Positions 27,858 to 41,017 of a stretch of 64,000 bases of DNA are shown one piece after another. Positions within the stretch are counted from its first letter, which is position 1, and each line of letters starts with the position of its first letter. The notes under the pieces were generated by a model. It made no database searches. It was not told where the DNA came from and was given only the letters and a program-made list of their open reading frames with translations. Position numbers and translations under genes: made by a program. The stretch comes from Alphaproteobacteria bacterium (GTDB lineage: Bacteria; Pseudomonadota; Alphaproteobacteria; Methylaequorales; Methylaequoraceae), in assembly GCA_019650635.1 (NCBI GenBank), contig BOXE01000007.1:894-64893 (forward strand). The letters run 5' to 3'.

Positions 27858-28523
27858 CTATTGCTTTGAATTACCAATAAATTTATTAGCTTTGAACATT
27901 CCTTTTTTTATTGATCCGTCTTGTAACGTTAACGTTCCATAACCGTCAAATAAGTTTTTTTTAAAGCTACCAGTGTATTTATCTCCATTCGAATAAGTTA
28001 TTGTCCCCTCTCCGGATCTCATACCATCTACAAATTGTCCAACATAAATTGATCCATCGGAAAATGTATGAGTTCCTTTACCGTGAGGAAGGTCGTCTAT
28101 GAAATCTCCTGTATAATTCTCTCCGTCTGAAAAAGTTGAAGAACCTTTTCCATGGTAATAACCATTTTTAAATCCTCCTTCGTATTTATCGCCATTTGCA
28201 AATGTGAAGGTTCCTTGACCATTTTGTAATCCATCTTTAAACTCACCAATATATACGTTTCCGTTAATAAATAAGTATGATCCTTTACCATTATACTTGT
28301 TATCCTTGATCTCTCCGACATATTTTTCACCATTTTGGTGAAAGATTGTTCCATAACAATGTCTTACAAAGTTTCCATCGCAAGCAGGAAGAGCAGAAAT
28401 CTTTGATGAAAGAAAAAGGAGAGGTAAAATTAATAAAATAATTTTTTTTTTGTGCATGCTATTAAGATAATCATTCGAAATTAATTTGCCATATCTAGTA
28501 AATAATTCGTTAAAGTTGATCAA
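27858..28523 (-). CDS. Secreted MORN-repeat protein
   Basis: Seven or more YxGxxxxGxxxGxG repeats (YVGEFKDGLQNGQGTFTF..); a signal peptide starts at the internal Met (alternative start 28457). Confidence 0.85.
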   Translation of the reverse strand: MINFNELFTRYGKLISNDYLNSMHKKKIILLILPLLFLSSKISALPACDGNFVRHCYGTIFHQNGEKYVGEIKDNKYNGKGSYLFINGNVYIGEFKDGLQNGQGTFTFANGDKYEGGFKNGYYHGKGSSTFSDGENYTGDFIDDLPHGKGTHTFSDGSIYVGQFVDGMRSGEGTITYSNGDKYTGSFKKNLFDGYGTLTLQDGSIKKGMFKANKFIGNSKQ

Positions 28524-29563
28524 CGATGTTCATATTTGTAATTTTCTAAGATTTGATATTGATAGTTCCCAGATAACATGTTCCAATATTCTTTATAAAA
28601 TTTTTCATTAAAATCTCTTAAATTTTTAAAATCAACATGAATTTCAGGTGTATTAGTATTTATTTCAATTCCCCATAAAGATTTATCATCATAAGGCAAA
28701 AATCCATATCTAAGATCACCAATTAAAAATCTATTTAATGGATGAATGTATATAAAATCATCTGAAAAAAAAGAGAATCTCCGAATATCCTCTCTTTGAA
28801 TTGAATTTGACTTTAACTCTGGGAAAACTGATTCTTTATCAATAGCATTTAAAATAGCTCCCGATTTAAATTTTGGTTCATCAAAAAAAGGTGCATATAC
28901 AGCATCAACATAATATTTGTTGTTTGTTCTATAAACACTTCTCCACAGAATTATATTTCCAATTGTTGGTTTAATAATTAACCTTTCTATGTTGTGCCCT
29001 CTTCTCTCAGATATTTCAAAAATAAAATCTTTTACTTGTAGATGTTTTTGATAACAAAGGAAAATATAAAAAAAACTAAACAAAATGCTTGATCTTATTA
29101 AAGAAGTTGATTTTTTAAGCAAGGAAAAAATTAACAAAAAAACTAAAGTAAAAGTAAATATAGGATCTACAATCGATATTAGATTCAAAGAAACTCTAGA
29201 TTGACTAAGGGGCCAAAAAAGAGTTGTTCCGTAACTTGTAAGTGAATCAAGTAAACCATGACTCAAAAATCCAATCAAAGTAAACAAGTATATAAATCGT
29301 AATGACATTCTTAACTTGTAGAAACAAGTAAAAATTATCAAAGAAACAAATATACTTCCAATTGGCGCAAAAAATAAAGAATGTGTAAAATGTCTATGGT
29401 ATTCAATAAAAAGAAGTTGGTCATTTTCGGATCTTATAAAAATATCTAAATCTGGCGCTAATCCCCCAATTGCACCACACAAAGAGGCTTTTCGAATATC
29501 TTTTTTATTAGAAAAAAGTGAAGAAAAAGTTGCTCCAATCAAACCTTGAGTACATGGATCCAT
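28520..29563 (-). CDS. YdjM-like membrane-bound metal-dependent hydrolase with a C-terminal soluble extension
   Basis: N-terminal MDPxTQGLIGA, His-containing TM helices (HRHFTHS, SHGLLDS); 347 aa. Confidence 0.6.
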   Translation of the reverse strand: MDPCTQGLIGATFSSLFSNKKDIRKASLCGAIGGLAPDLDIFIRSENDQLLFIEYHRHFTHSLFFAPIGSIFVSLIIFTCFYKLRMSLRFIYLFTLIGFLSHGLLDSLTSYGTTLFWPLSQSRVSLNLISIVDPIFTFTLVFLLIFSLLKKSTSLIRSSILFSFFYIFLCYQKHLQVKDFIFEISERRGHNIERLIIKPTIGNIILWRSVYRTNNKYYVDAVYAPFFDEPKFKSGAILNAIDKESVFPELKSNSIQREDIRRFSFFSDDFIYIHPLNRFLIGDLRYGFLPYDDKSLWGIEINTNTPEIHVDFKNLRDFNEKFYKEYWNMLSGNYQYQILENYKYEHR

Positions 29564-29569
29564 AAATTT

Positions 29570-31420
29570 TTACTCTGATTTGCTAGCTGCGCATTCTAAT
29601 ATTTGGCTCTCTAGTATTATTTTTTGTTGTCCCTCTATTGTATTGTAAATGCAGTATGTCTTATTTCCAGATTTATATGATTTTATCAACCCCATGCCCA
29701 TTGGACCCGAAAATGTTTTTACATCTGTTATTTTCATTTTACTTGAATCATCTTTTTTAAAGTGAAGAAAACAATAAGTGATAATTCCTGATAAGGTAAG
29801 ATAGTAAATAGTTGGAATTAAAGTAATCCTTAAAACATTACCCTCTCTTCCAAATAAACCAACTGTAGCTGAAGCTGCTACAACATTATGTATAGCTATC
29901 ATATTTCCAGCTGCTGCTCCAACACTTTGTGCAGCAACCATCAACACCCCTGAAATGTTCAAAAGATTTGCAGTTTCATATTGAAATTGACTAAGCATCA
30001 GGTTACTAACAGTATTAGAGCCAGCTAGAAATGCTCCAATGGCACCAACGGTTGGTGCAAATATAGGATATATTTGTCCCATCAGATTCGATACACCTTG
30101 AGCCATAGAAATTGGCATACTAGCAATATCATTATAATTAACACCAGAGTTAATCATTATTCTTACCAGCGGAACTGTAAATATCAAAACAAAGCCTGCA
30201 CTTAAAATAGTTTTTGATGAATCGATTATTGACGAACTAATTTCCTTAGAAGTCATTCTATGTAGAAAAAAAGTGATAAAACAAATAAAAATTAAAATTC
30301 CTCCAGGAAGATATAATAATTGAAAACTTGCACTTATATTTTCTTCTTTAAAAATATTTTCAAACTTAATATTTACAGATTGTAGAAATTTTTTTAACGG
30401 TTCAAAAGTTCTTGAAAATACAAGTAGTAAAGCGAGTAATAAATAAGGAAGCCAGGCCATAAAACTTCCTATATTTCTTTTATTTTCTATAACTTCTTTA
30501 TTTTGAGGGTTACAAATCCAGTTTAATGGCCAATTTTTTGAAGGTTGAAAGTCCCATTCATCTTTTGGAATAAGAAATTTTCTTTTTGTAGCAATTGTAA
30601 CTATAAATAATCCAGTTAATCCTCCTATTATAGATGGAAATTCTGGGCCAAGAAAGATACCTGTTAATAAATATGGTATTGTGAAGCTCAATGATGCAAA
30701 GATTGCAAAAGGAAATATTGATAAACCTTCAAACCAAGATTTTTTTTTACCAAAAAATCTCGTCATTATGACTACTAATAAAATTGGCATAAGTAGTCCA
30801 CAAATTGAGTGAATTATTGCGACTTTAATGACTATAGAATCAAAGAATGAATTCCATTCCAATCCATTTTCCAATAACTTATTAGAAATGCTTATTTTGT
30901 CTAGTCCACCCTGAACACCAACCAATAAAGGCGTTCCTACTGCACCAAAAGAAACAGGTGTGGATTGTATCATCATACCAAAAACTACTGCAGCAATTGG
31001 AGGAAAACCAACAGCAACCATCAATGGTGCAGCTACTGCAGCAGGAGTACCAAAACCTGAAGCTCCTTCAATAAAACACCCAAACAACCACGCGATTATA
31101 ATAACTTGAACTCTTCTATCTTTACTTATGTCAGAAAATCCAGATCTGATAGTGTTTATTGCACCTGAATATTTTAGTGTGTTTAATAACAAAATAGCAC
31201 CGAAAATAATCCATAAAATACTTATACTAATAATTAGACCCTGAAGAGTTGAGGCTAAAATTCTGGCTTCACTCATTCCCCAAATAAAATAAGAAATAAT
31301 GCTAGTAAATATAAAAACTAGGGGCATTGCAATTTTAGCTGCAATTCTAAAAACAATCAAAAGAATTCCAGCTAAAAAGATTGGAGAAAAAGCTAAAATG
31401 GGGAAAAAAATCTCTTTCAT
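29570..31420 (-). CDS. L-lactate permease (LctP) family transporter with an extra C-terminal tail of about 70 aa
   Basis: 616 aa, multi-TM, LctP-like segments ([23 protein letters not shown]). Confidence 0.8.
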   Translation of the reverse strand: MKEIFFPILAFSPIFLAGILLIVFRIAAKIAMPLVFIFTSIISYFIWGMSEARILASTLQGLIISISILWIIFGAILLLNTLKYSGAINTIRSGFSDISKDRRVQVIIIAWLFGCFIEGASGFGTPAAVAAPLMVAVGFPPIAAVVFGMMIQSTPVSFGAVGTPLLVGVQGGLDKISISNKLLENGLEWNSFFDSIVIKVAIIHSICGLLMPILLVVIMTRFFGKKKSWFEGLSIFPFAIFASLSFTIPYLLTGIFLGPEFPSIIGGLTGLFIVTIATKRKFLIPKDEWDFQPSKNWPLNWICNPQNKEVIENKRNIGSFMAWLPYLLLALLLVFSRTFEPLKKFLQSVNIKFENIFKEENISASFQLLYLPGGILIFICFITFFLHRMTSKEISSSIIDSSKTILSAGFVLIFTVPLVRIMINSGVNYNDIASMPISMAQGVSNLMGQIYPIFAPTVGAIGAFLAGSNTVSNLMLSQFQYETANLLNISGVLMVAAQSVGAAAGNMIAIHNVVAASATVGLFGREGNVLRITLIPTIYYLTLSGIITYCFLHFKKDDSSKMKITDVKTFSGPMGMGLIKSYKSGNKTYCIYNTIEGQQKIILESQILECAASKSE

Positions 31421-31596
31421 TTCGTCAATTTTTTAAAATTTATTTGTAAGAAAAATGTTACTTAATAATATAACTTTTATAAACAATTTTAAAATACAAT
31501 GTGATAACAGAAATAATAAATTCTTTATTTATTACCAATAATTACTAAATAAATAAAAAATAAGAACACTTAAATATTTATATGTAAATTAAGACA

Positions 31597-33085
31597 ATGA
31601 CCTATGTAAAACTTAAAAATCTATTTGAAGAACAAAGTTTACTAAATGATATAAATGGTATCTTAAATTGGGACATGGCTACATATATGCCTCAAAAATC
31701 AAGAAATCAGCGTGTTAGACAAATACAAAAAATTCTTGATTACAAAAAAAGCATTTTTGACCAAATTAAAAAAAAAGAATTATTTAAAAAGATCAATGAT
31801 TCCAGCCTGAGTCCTGAAGATAAATTAAACCTTAATTTAATGAGAGATAAGTTTGAATACTTTGATATCGTTCCATATGAATATATAAAAAAAAAAAACC
31901 TCACTTGCAATTTTGTGTGAAGGTGAATGGAGAAAAGCTAAACTAAAATCAAATTTTAATTTAGTTAAAAAATCATTTAAAAAGCTTGTTGATGTAATAA
32001 AGATTGAGTCTGAAATACTATCTCAAAAAAAGGATAAAACAAAATACGATTGTTTATTATCTAAATACGACAGATCACTGACCTCTTCACGCATTACAAA
32101 AATTTTTTCTAGGATAGAATCGTTTTTAAAAAAGAATATCCCGTCAATTTTAGAAAAACAAAGAAGCTATAAATCAATTTCTTTTACCGAAAATCTCTCA
32201 GAATCAGAACAATTTGAACTATCAAAAGATTTTATGAAAAAACTTGGCTTTGATTTTTCTCGCGGAAGAATTGATAAAAGTTCACATCCTTTTTGCGGTG
32301 GAAGTTCTGAAGATATTAGAATTACTACAAGATATAATGATGCAGACTCATTTTCTTGCTTTGATGCTCTTATGCACGAAACAGGTCACGCTATTTATGA
32401 ACAAGGACTACCTAAAAAATGGTTGCATCAGCCATTAGGTTCATCTGGAGGAATGTCACTTCATGAAAGCCAATCACTTTTTATTGAAATGCAAATTATT
32501 AAATCTCTACAAGTAAGCCATTTAATCGAAAAAATAATCAAGAATAATTTTGGGAAGAAAAATCCTACTTGGAATCAAGAAAATATTTATAGAAACAGAA
32601 AGCAGGTAAAAAAGAACTATATAAGAGTAGATGCTGACGAAGTTCATTATCCTCTTCATATAATGCATAGGTTCAAAATTGAAAAAAAAATTATTGAAGA
32701 AGACTTTGATGTCAATTTTCTTCCGGAACTTTGGAATGAAGAATTTTATAATATATTCAATATAAAAGTTGATAGTGACCAAAACGGTTGTTTGCAAGAT
32801 ATTCATTGGTTTGGTGGAGATTTTGGTTATTTTCCTACTTATAGTATTGGGGCATTTATTGCAGCTCAGATTTTTGATTGTATAAAAAAACAGAATCCTA
32901 AATTAGAAATCGATTTAAAAAATGGAAATTTTTTACCAATAATCAATTGGTTGAAAAAAAATATTCATAGCCACGGTAATTATTATAAAATTGACGAACT
33001 TTTATTAAATGTGACAGGTGAAAAGCTGAATTTAAAATACTTCGAAAAACACATTACAGACAGATACTTAAAAGAAAAAAAATAA
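31597..33085 (+). CDS. Carboxypeptidase Taq (M32) metallopeptidase, frame break in the A12 tract 31887-31898
   Basis: HETGHAIYEQG zinc motif, HESQS, DIHW; the N-terminal ORF 31597..31920 joins ORF 31913..33085 across the poly(A) run. Confidence 0.85.
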
Positions 33086-33173
33086 CGAAAATTCTCCATT
33101 GTAATTTAAGAAATTGAAAAATAATTTTGTTTTTTAATTAAATAGTGTAAGCTAATCTTATGTGGAGATTTAT

Positions 33174-35297
33174 ATGGATGATTATTCCATAAAAAAACAT
33201 TTTGGTGGTTGCCCTCACGACTGCCCCGATACGTGCGCAATGATTTATGAAGTTGCAGACAACAAACTTCTTAGCGTTAGAGGAAACCCTGATCACCCTA
33301 TGACTGACGGTGTACTTTGTGTCAAGCTCAAAGACTACGAAAAAAGACACTACCATCCAGATCGTTTATTATATCCTCATAAACGTGTTGGAAAAAAGGG
33401 AAAGAAAGAATTTGAAAGAATTTCTTGGGATGAAGCACTAGAAACAATAACCTTAAAATGGAAGTCTCTAATTAATGAATATGGGCCTGAATCAATCATT
33501 CCGTATAGTTATTTGGGAAATCAAGGTTTAGTTCATGGTTTAAATGGAGGTGATTCTTTCTTTAATGCCCTTGGCGCGACTGTTTGTGAGAGAACTTTTT
33601 GCGGGGAAGGTTCATGTACAGCTTGGTTAACCACGATAGGTCCAACAGCTGGCTTAGATCCGGAAAGTTACATCCACAGTAAATACATTGTTATTTGGGC
33701 TTGTAACAGTGTAAGTACCAATCTTCATCATTGGACAATCATTCAAGAAGCTAAAAAAAGAGGAGCCAAAGTTGTAGTAATTGATTCATATAAATCTAGA
33801 ACTGCTAAACAAGCTGATTGGCATATCGAACCTATCCCTGGTTCAGACGGAGCCTTGGCAGTTGCCATGATAAATCATATTATTTATAACGATCTAACAG
33901 ACATGGATTATATAAATAATCACACAAATGGATTTGAAGAGTTAAAAGAGCATGTTAAAGATAAAGATCCTAAATGGGCGTCTAAAATAACTGGAATTAG
34001 TGAAGAAGATATTAAAAAATTGGCTCAAGAAATTGCTACAGTTCAACCAGTTGGAATAAGAATTGGAGTTGCACTTGAGAGACATTATGGAGGTGGGCAG
34101 ACAATTAGAGCTGTTACCTGTATACCAGCATTAACTGGTGCATGGAAACATGTTGGTGGAGGAATCACTCAATTTCCAGTGTGGGAACATCCGTACAAAT
34201 TTGATGTTATATGCAGACCAGATTTGATCCCTAAAGGTACGAGAGTTGTAAACGCTCTTCAGATTGGAAGAGCCTTACTAGGGGAAAATATAGAAAAGGA
34301 CAAACCAATTATGTCCATGATGTGCTGGAACGCTAACCCTGTTACTCAAGCAGCCGAAACGGAGAAAATAATTAAAGGTTTAAAGAGAGAAGATTTATTC
34401 TTAGTCTCTGCTGAACATTTTATTTCTGACACAGCATCTTACGCAGACATTCTTCTACCCGCCACAATGGGTGCAGAACATGAAGATATGATATTATCTT
34501 GGGGTCACTTATACCTAACATACAATGAGAAATGTGTTGATGCTCCTGGAGAAGCTTTACCAAACTACGAAATATTCAGGAGGTTAGCAAAAAAGATGGA
34601 TTTAAAGCAAGATCAATTCAGTTGGAGTGATGAAAAATGTTTAGAAAACTATGTGGATTGGTCAGCACCTGCATGTGAGGGAATTACTCTTGAAAAATTG
34701 AAGGAAAAAGGGTTTGCAAGATTAAATGTTGGTTGCAAAGATACACGAGCACCCCACAAAGATGGTAAGTTCCCTACAGAATCAGGTAAATGTGAGTTTA
34801 TTCTAAAAGATGTGAAAAATTTTGTTGCCGGTCCATTCAGACAAATGTACGAGGATTATCAACCAGGTCAAGACCTCCCTCCTCTTCCGGATTATGTTCC
34901 TCAACTTGAGTCAAAACAAACTAACCCGCAACTTGCCAAAAAATATCCTTTAAACGTAATAACTCCAAAAAGTCATGCATTTTTAAATTCGTGTTATGCA
35001 AACATGACGGACAAGCAGAGGGTTCAAGGAGACCAATTTGTTCTTATAAGCGAAATTGATTCAAAACAAAGAAATATTAAAGATGGTGATAATGTAAAAG
35101 TATTTAATGACAGAGGTTCCTATAAAGGTGTTGCTAAAATAACATCTGATGTTTCGTCAGGTATTGTCGTTTCAACGCTCGGATATTGGAGACAACTCAA
35201 CGATGGAACAGTTAACAGTATAAGCTCAGCTAATTTAGCAGATATGGGAAACGCTCCAACTTTCTCAGATAATCTAGTTGAAGTAATAAAAATATAA
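33174..35297 (+). CDS. Molybdopterin (bis-MGD) oxidoreductase, stand-alone catalytic subunit
   Basis: N-terminal CPHDCPDTC Fe-S motif, MopB and C-terminal barrel layout. ATG 33174 is preferred over the GTG at 33162 because GGAG lies 6 nt upstream. Confidence 0.85.
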   Translation: MDDYSIKKHFGGCPHDCPDTCAMIYEVADNKLLSVRGNPDHPMTDGVLCVKLKDYEKRHYHPDRLLYPHKRVGKKGKKEFERISWDEALETITLKWKSLINEYGPESIIPYSYLGNQGLVHGLNGGDSFFNALGATVCERTFCGEGSCTAWLTTIGPTAGLDPESYIHSKYIVIWACNSVSTNLHHWTIIQEAKKRGAKVVVIDSYKSRTAKQADWHIEPIPGSDGALAVAMINHIIYNDLTDMDYINNHTNGFEELKEHVKDKDPKWASKITGISEEDIKKLAQEIATVQPVGIRIGVALERHYGGGQTIRAVTCIPALTGAWKHVGGGITQFPVWEHPYKFDVICRPDLIPKGTRVVNALQIGRALLGENIEKDKPIMSMMCWNANPVTQAAETEKIIKGLKREDLFLVSAEHFISDTASYADILLPATMGAEHEDMILSWGHLYLTYNEKCVDAPGEALPNYEIFRRLAKKMDLKQDQFSWSDEKCLENYVDWSAPACEGITLEKLKEKGFARLNVGCKDTRAPHKDGKFPTESGKCEFILKDVKNFVAGPFRQMYEDYQPGQDLPPLPDYVPQLESKQTNPQLAKKYPLNVITPKSHAFLNSCYANMTDKQRVQGDQFVLISEIDSKQRNIKDGDNVKVFNDRGSYKGVAKITSDVSSGIVVSTLGYWRQLNDGTVNSISSANLADMGNAPTFSDNLVEVIKI

Positions 35298-35329
35298 AAA
35301 ATTTATTTTGTAAAATCTCATATTATAAA

Positions 35330-35581
35330 TTAATTCTTTGCAAATCTCTTACGTTTGTTTTTTTGTTTCTTTAATTTCTCACCATAAAATTTGGCCCATC
35401 CTTTTGGAGCTTTTTCATTGCATACCCAATTGGGTTTGTTTATATTAGGGCCTCTTACGCATTCAAATCTAGATAATAAATTTAAATAAACAGATTCATT
35501 ATTAGTTTTATAAATTTCATTTGATGCTAGTTGAGATGATATAAAGCTGGTGGTTAAAATGGTTATCAAAGTTTTTTTCAT
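35330..35581 (-). CDS. Small secreted basic protein, unknown function
   Basis: Signal peptide; two Cys; Lys/Arg-rich tail. Confidence 0.4.
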   Translation of the reverse strand: MKKTLITILTTSFISSQLASNEIYKTNNESVYLNLLSRFECVRGPNINKPNWVCNEKAPKGWAKFYGEKLKKQKNKRKRFAKN

Positions 35582-35733
35582 ATTTCTCCTTATGTTTTAG
35601 CCTATTAAAATTTATTATTATGTATTTGTAAAATTTATTTTAAAAACAGACTTTATTCATATAAATAATATCAGTATTAAGGTTTTATATAAAAGAATTG
35701 AATAATTATATTTAAAATAATAAATTTATCCTT

Positions 35734-36048
35734 ATGAAAACTACAACTTACATTGCAATGAATAGATTTAAAATCGTCAGAGGCAAAGAGGACATCTTTG
35801 AAAAAATCTGGAAAGACAGAGATTCAAAACTAGGTGAAGTCAAAGGATTTATAAATTTTAATTTAATAAAAGGAAAAGAAAACGACGAATTCACAATTTA
35901 CGCTTCACACAGTACATGGTCATCTGAAATAGACTTTATCAATTGGACTAAATCAGAATCATTTCGAGAGGCCCACAAAAACGCCGGACAAAGCAAAGAA
36001 ATATATATTGGGCACCCTGAGTTCGAAGGATTTAGCGTAGTTTTGTAA
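35734..36048 (+). CDS. Antibiotic-biosynthesis-monooxygenase (ABM) domain protein
   Basis: 104 aa; the pattern IAMNRFKI...F...W......GF......ESFREAH is typical of the ABM/IsdG-like fold. Confidence 0.65.
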   Translation: MKTTTYIAMNRFKIVRGKEDIFEKIWKDRDSKLGEVKGFINFNLIKGKENDEFTIYASHSTWSSEIDFINWTKSESFREAHKNAGQSKEIYIGHPEFEGFSVVL

Positions 36049-36074
36049 AGAGTGTTTACGATTGCAAACACTCT
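36049..36074. terminator. Hairpin between convergent genes (possible bidirectional terminator)
   Basis: 9-bp stem AGAGTGTTT / AAACACTCT with an 8-nt loop; no strong T tail. Confidence 0.45.
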
Positions 36075-36085
36075 TATATTACAAA

Positions 36086-38245
<2,160 letters not shown>

Positions 38246-38420
38246 TTAAATTAGGTGGAAAGGTGCAACTAATATTGTACCATCTCGATTCTCCACAACT
38301 TTTATATGTTAAAAAAAATAAAAATTTCAACAAATTTATACTATTAAATTAAGCTGAATTTAATATTAATAAATTTTCGATTTTTTCTTTGTTTTGTTAA
38401 AAACTAAATAAAAAATAAAA

Positions 38421-39173
38421 TCATTTTTTTGTTATAAAAGCTATATCTGATATTTTTGTCTTTCCTTTAAAAATTTTAATATCTTTAATATTTTTAAATA
38501 GATACTCTTGATCACTATTTGATAAAATATTGGATTTAAACTTTTTCTTTTTCATTATATTTTTAAGTAAATTATTCATAAACAATTCTTTACCTTTAGT
38601 ATCGTTTAATGCATCAAAATAAACTGGGGCATTAAAATCTTCTATTACAAAAATGCCTTTAGAATCTAATTGCTTAAAGAAAAATTTTAAGCTTTTTATC
38701 ATGTCACTCAATATATGAGAAGCGTCATCAATTATAATCTTAAAATTGATGTTATTAAATTTCGAAGAAAATCTGTTCATGTCTTTTTTATTGTTGATAT
38801 CACAATTGAAAAAGGTCATTCTTTTAGATTTAAATTTAAAACGAAAGTTTTTGTCGATGCAATAAATAGTTGCATTTGGAAAATAATTTAAAAATGCTGC
38901 AGAAGAAGCCCCCTCCCATGTTCCAATTTCTAAAATATTCAATTTTTTATTTTTATAATGTTTAAATTCTTTTTCATAAAATTTTGCAAAACCATGACCA
39001 TGGATTTCATTAGATTCTTTTGAATAAGGATTAAGAACTTCTGTTCCTTTGTCGGTTCCAAAGTGATTGAATAGTTCGTTTAAAGATTTATTATTTACAT
39101 TCTCAATATCCAAATTAATCTTATTTTTAAAATTAAATACAAATCGTTTATAAAATTTGGTAATTTCTTTCAT
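38421..39173 (-). CDS. Class I SAM-dependent methyltransferase (TylF/cephalosporin-hydroxylase-like)
   Basis: LNILEIGTWEGASSAAF motif I region; 250 aa. Confidence 0.55.
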   Translation of the reverse strand: MKEITKFYKRFVFNFKNKINLDIENVNNKSLNELFNHFGTDKGTEVLNPYSKESNEIHGHGFAKFYEKEFKHYKNKKLNILEIGTWEGASSAAFLNYFPNATIYCIDKNFRFKFKSKRMTFFNCDINNKKDMNRFSSKFNNINFKIIIDDASHILSDMIKSLKFFFKQLDSKGIFVIEDFNAPVYFDALNDTKGKELFMNNLLKNIMKKKKFKSNILSNSDQEYLFKNIKDIKIFKGKTKISDIAFITKK

Positions 39174-39258
39174 TTTTAACTTAAAGAAAACGAATGTAAG
39201 TAATTAAAACAATATAACAAGTTAGCGTAACTTGTCGAAAAAGATAATAAAATTATGT

Positions 39259-39924
39259 TCAACTAACCTCATCTGGATCAGAAATATTATCATTATTAAT
39301 AATTGTATTATTTAAAGAAGTATTTTCGTTCAAGGGATCTCTATCTATTTTATTTGATTGATCTTCCATATCAGCTTCCATTTTATCTAAATTTTTTTCA
39401 TCTTCAGAAATAATAATATCATTTACGTTATCAACGTTTTTATAATCTGCAACATTGGGTGGTCCGTAAAGTTCCTCTGCAGATTGATTTATTTTATTAT
39501 TTGCAAACTTAATAGCCTCCTCAGTTGACATGCCCTTAGATATTGCTTCGTCAATGAGAATGGACATTTCATTAGACATCGAGCTTGCAAAGCTTAAATC
39601 GTAACCACTGTTTTCAGTACTTAATTTTTCAACTGAAGCATCAGTTGATATGTTTGAATTAATAATTTCAGACAAAGATTCAAATGTTTCTTTAATAGAA
39701 TTTGCTGGAGTCAGACCGCTTTGGACAAGTGTATTAAATTTTGTTGATAAAGATGATGTAACTTCATCAATGATATTTTCTTTAATTCCTAACTTTTCCA
39801 TACAAACCGAAATATCTGTCAAAATATTATCAAAATTATCGTGAGAGACACCCTGATCTGAATTCAGATTTTTTTCAGCAATATTAAGAATCTCACTATG
39901 AATATGATCTGTAAATTTAGTCAT
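39259..39924 (-). CDS. Highly acidic hypothetical protein
   Basis: 221 aa, Asp/Glu/Asn/Ser-rich, no recognisable domain. Confidence 0.4.
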   Translation of the reverse strand: MTKFTDHIHSEILNIAEKNLNSDQGVSHDNFDNILTDISVCMEKLGIKENIIDEVTSSLSTKFNTLVQSGLTPANSIKETFESLSEIINSNISTDASVEKLSTENSGYDLSFASSMSNEMSILIDEAISKGMSTEEAIKFANNKINQSAEELYGPPNVADYKNVDNVNDIIISEDEKNLDKMEADMEDQSNKIDRDPLNENTSLNNTIINNDNISDPDEVS

Positions 39925-39980
39925 TATTTGTAAACTTAATTATTTTTCAATACTTTAAAAAGGTATATCTAATATTTTCA

Positions 39981-40355
39981 TTAAACACCAAATATTTTTG
40001 CCTTTTCATATAGTCTATCCGTTTCTGAAATATAAACTCCTTTACTTATATATCCACCGACATACAACTCTCTGATAGCCGTCATTTCTTCCTCTATAGC
40101 GACAAGGACGTCTACAAATTCGTTATCATCACTTACTTTAATATCTCTTTTATCAATAATGTCGTCTAAGTTTGGTTGTTTTCTTGTGACATCATTGTTT
40201 TTCTTAATTGCATTTTTCTTTGTAAGAATTGTAATTAATATAAAAATAGTAAGAAAAATCGCGCCAAAAATAATTATCAAATATTTGGTATCACCAATAT
40301 ATGGAATAAAATTATTAAATTTTTCTAGATTCAGTGTATTTATTATATTATCCAT
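39981..40355 (-). CDS. Single-pass membrane protein with a SHOCT-like C-terminus
   Basis: One TM (YLIIIFGAIFLTIFILITIL); C-terminal IRELYVGGYISKGVYISETDRLYEKAK. Confidence 0.4.
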   Translation of the reverse strand: MDNIINTLNLEKFNNFIPYIGDTKYLIIIFGAIFLTIFILITILTKKNAIKKNNDVTRKQPNLDDIIDKRDIKVSDDNEFVDVLVAIEEEMTAIRELYVGGYISKGVYISETDRLYEKAKIFGV

Positions 40356-40409
40356 AAATAATCAATATATAGTGTTTACTTCGTTCCAATTATACATTAT
40401 ATTGTAATA

Positions 40410-40799
40410 ATGGGTATTTTTAATATTTATAATAAAGCAAAAAATCATATTAACAAAACATATTTTAGTGAAAAACGAATTATATCATTTGAAGCATATA
40501 ATTTGCTAAAAAAATACGTTGTAAATGGTTTGTCGCAACCAAATAGTTTAGACACTGCCTATCCAAAAAATCTTAAAATGAATGTTTTAAAAAATGTTTC
40601 TCAACGATCAATGAAAACTTTTTATAAATTATCTGATCATTATAAAAAAAATAAAAAAGGAGTGCTTTGTCAATCTAATGAGTTTGATGTTGGAAATAAA
40701 TTATCTAAAAATGCAAAAAAACTTTTAAAACAAATTAAGAATGACAGCCCTAGATATCAAGAAATAGATAGACTAATTGAAAAAATTAAATCAAATTGA
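40410..40799 (+). CDS. Basic hypothetical protein
   Basis: 129 aa, Lys-rich, no recognisable domain. Confidence 0.35.
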   Translation: MGIFNIYNKAKNHINKTYFSEKRIISFEAYNLLKKYVVNGLSQPNSLDTAYPKNLKMNVLKNVSQRSMKTFYKLSDHYKKNKKGVLCQSNEFDVGNKLSKNAKKLLKQIKNDSPRYQEIDRLIEKIKSN

Positions 40800-41015
40800 T
40801 TTTTTTTTCCTGTACATACCTAATTTAACTTTCTCAGCTATACTAATTAGAAATTCAGAAACTTTTTCATCTGAGTTTACTTTTGAAAGCTCTCTTATTG
40901 TTTCGTCAATAAAGGCACCTACTGCAATATAAGGGTCTATTCTCTTTACTCTGCATTCTTCTCTTGCTTTTAATACAATCGCTGAAGCAAGTTTTTTTTG
41001 GTCTTTTTGATCCAT
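40791..41015 (-). CDS. Small hypothetical protein, third gene of the umuDC operon
   Basis: The ATG begins 2 nt after the umuC stop; 74 aa. Confidence 0.5.
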   Translation of the reverse strand: MDQKDQKKLASAIVLKAREECRVKRIDPYIAVGAFIDETIRELSKVNSDEKVSEFLISIAEKVKLGMYRKKKSI

Positions 41016-41017
41016 TT

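Noticed and set aside
29570-29780. C-terminal extension of about 70 aa on the lactate permease, considered as a possible fused regulatory domain
   Set aside because: No motif is recognisable. Given the indel rate in this assembly, the tail could be real or created by a lost stop or frame change, so there is not enough support.
31456-31474. Zur-like sequence TGTTACTTAATAATATAAC between the lactate permease and M32 peptidase genes
   Set aside because: The half-sites are imperfect, the spacing is 19 nt rather than the 15-nt 7-1-7 layout, and the neighbouring genes have no obvious zinc logic beyond M32 being a Zn enzyme.
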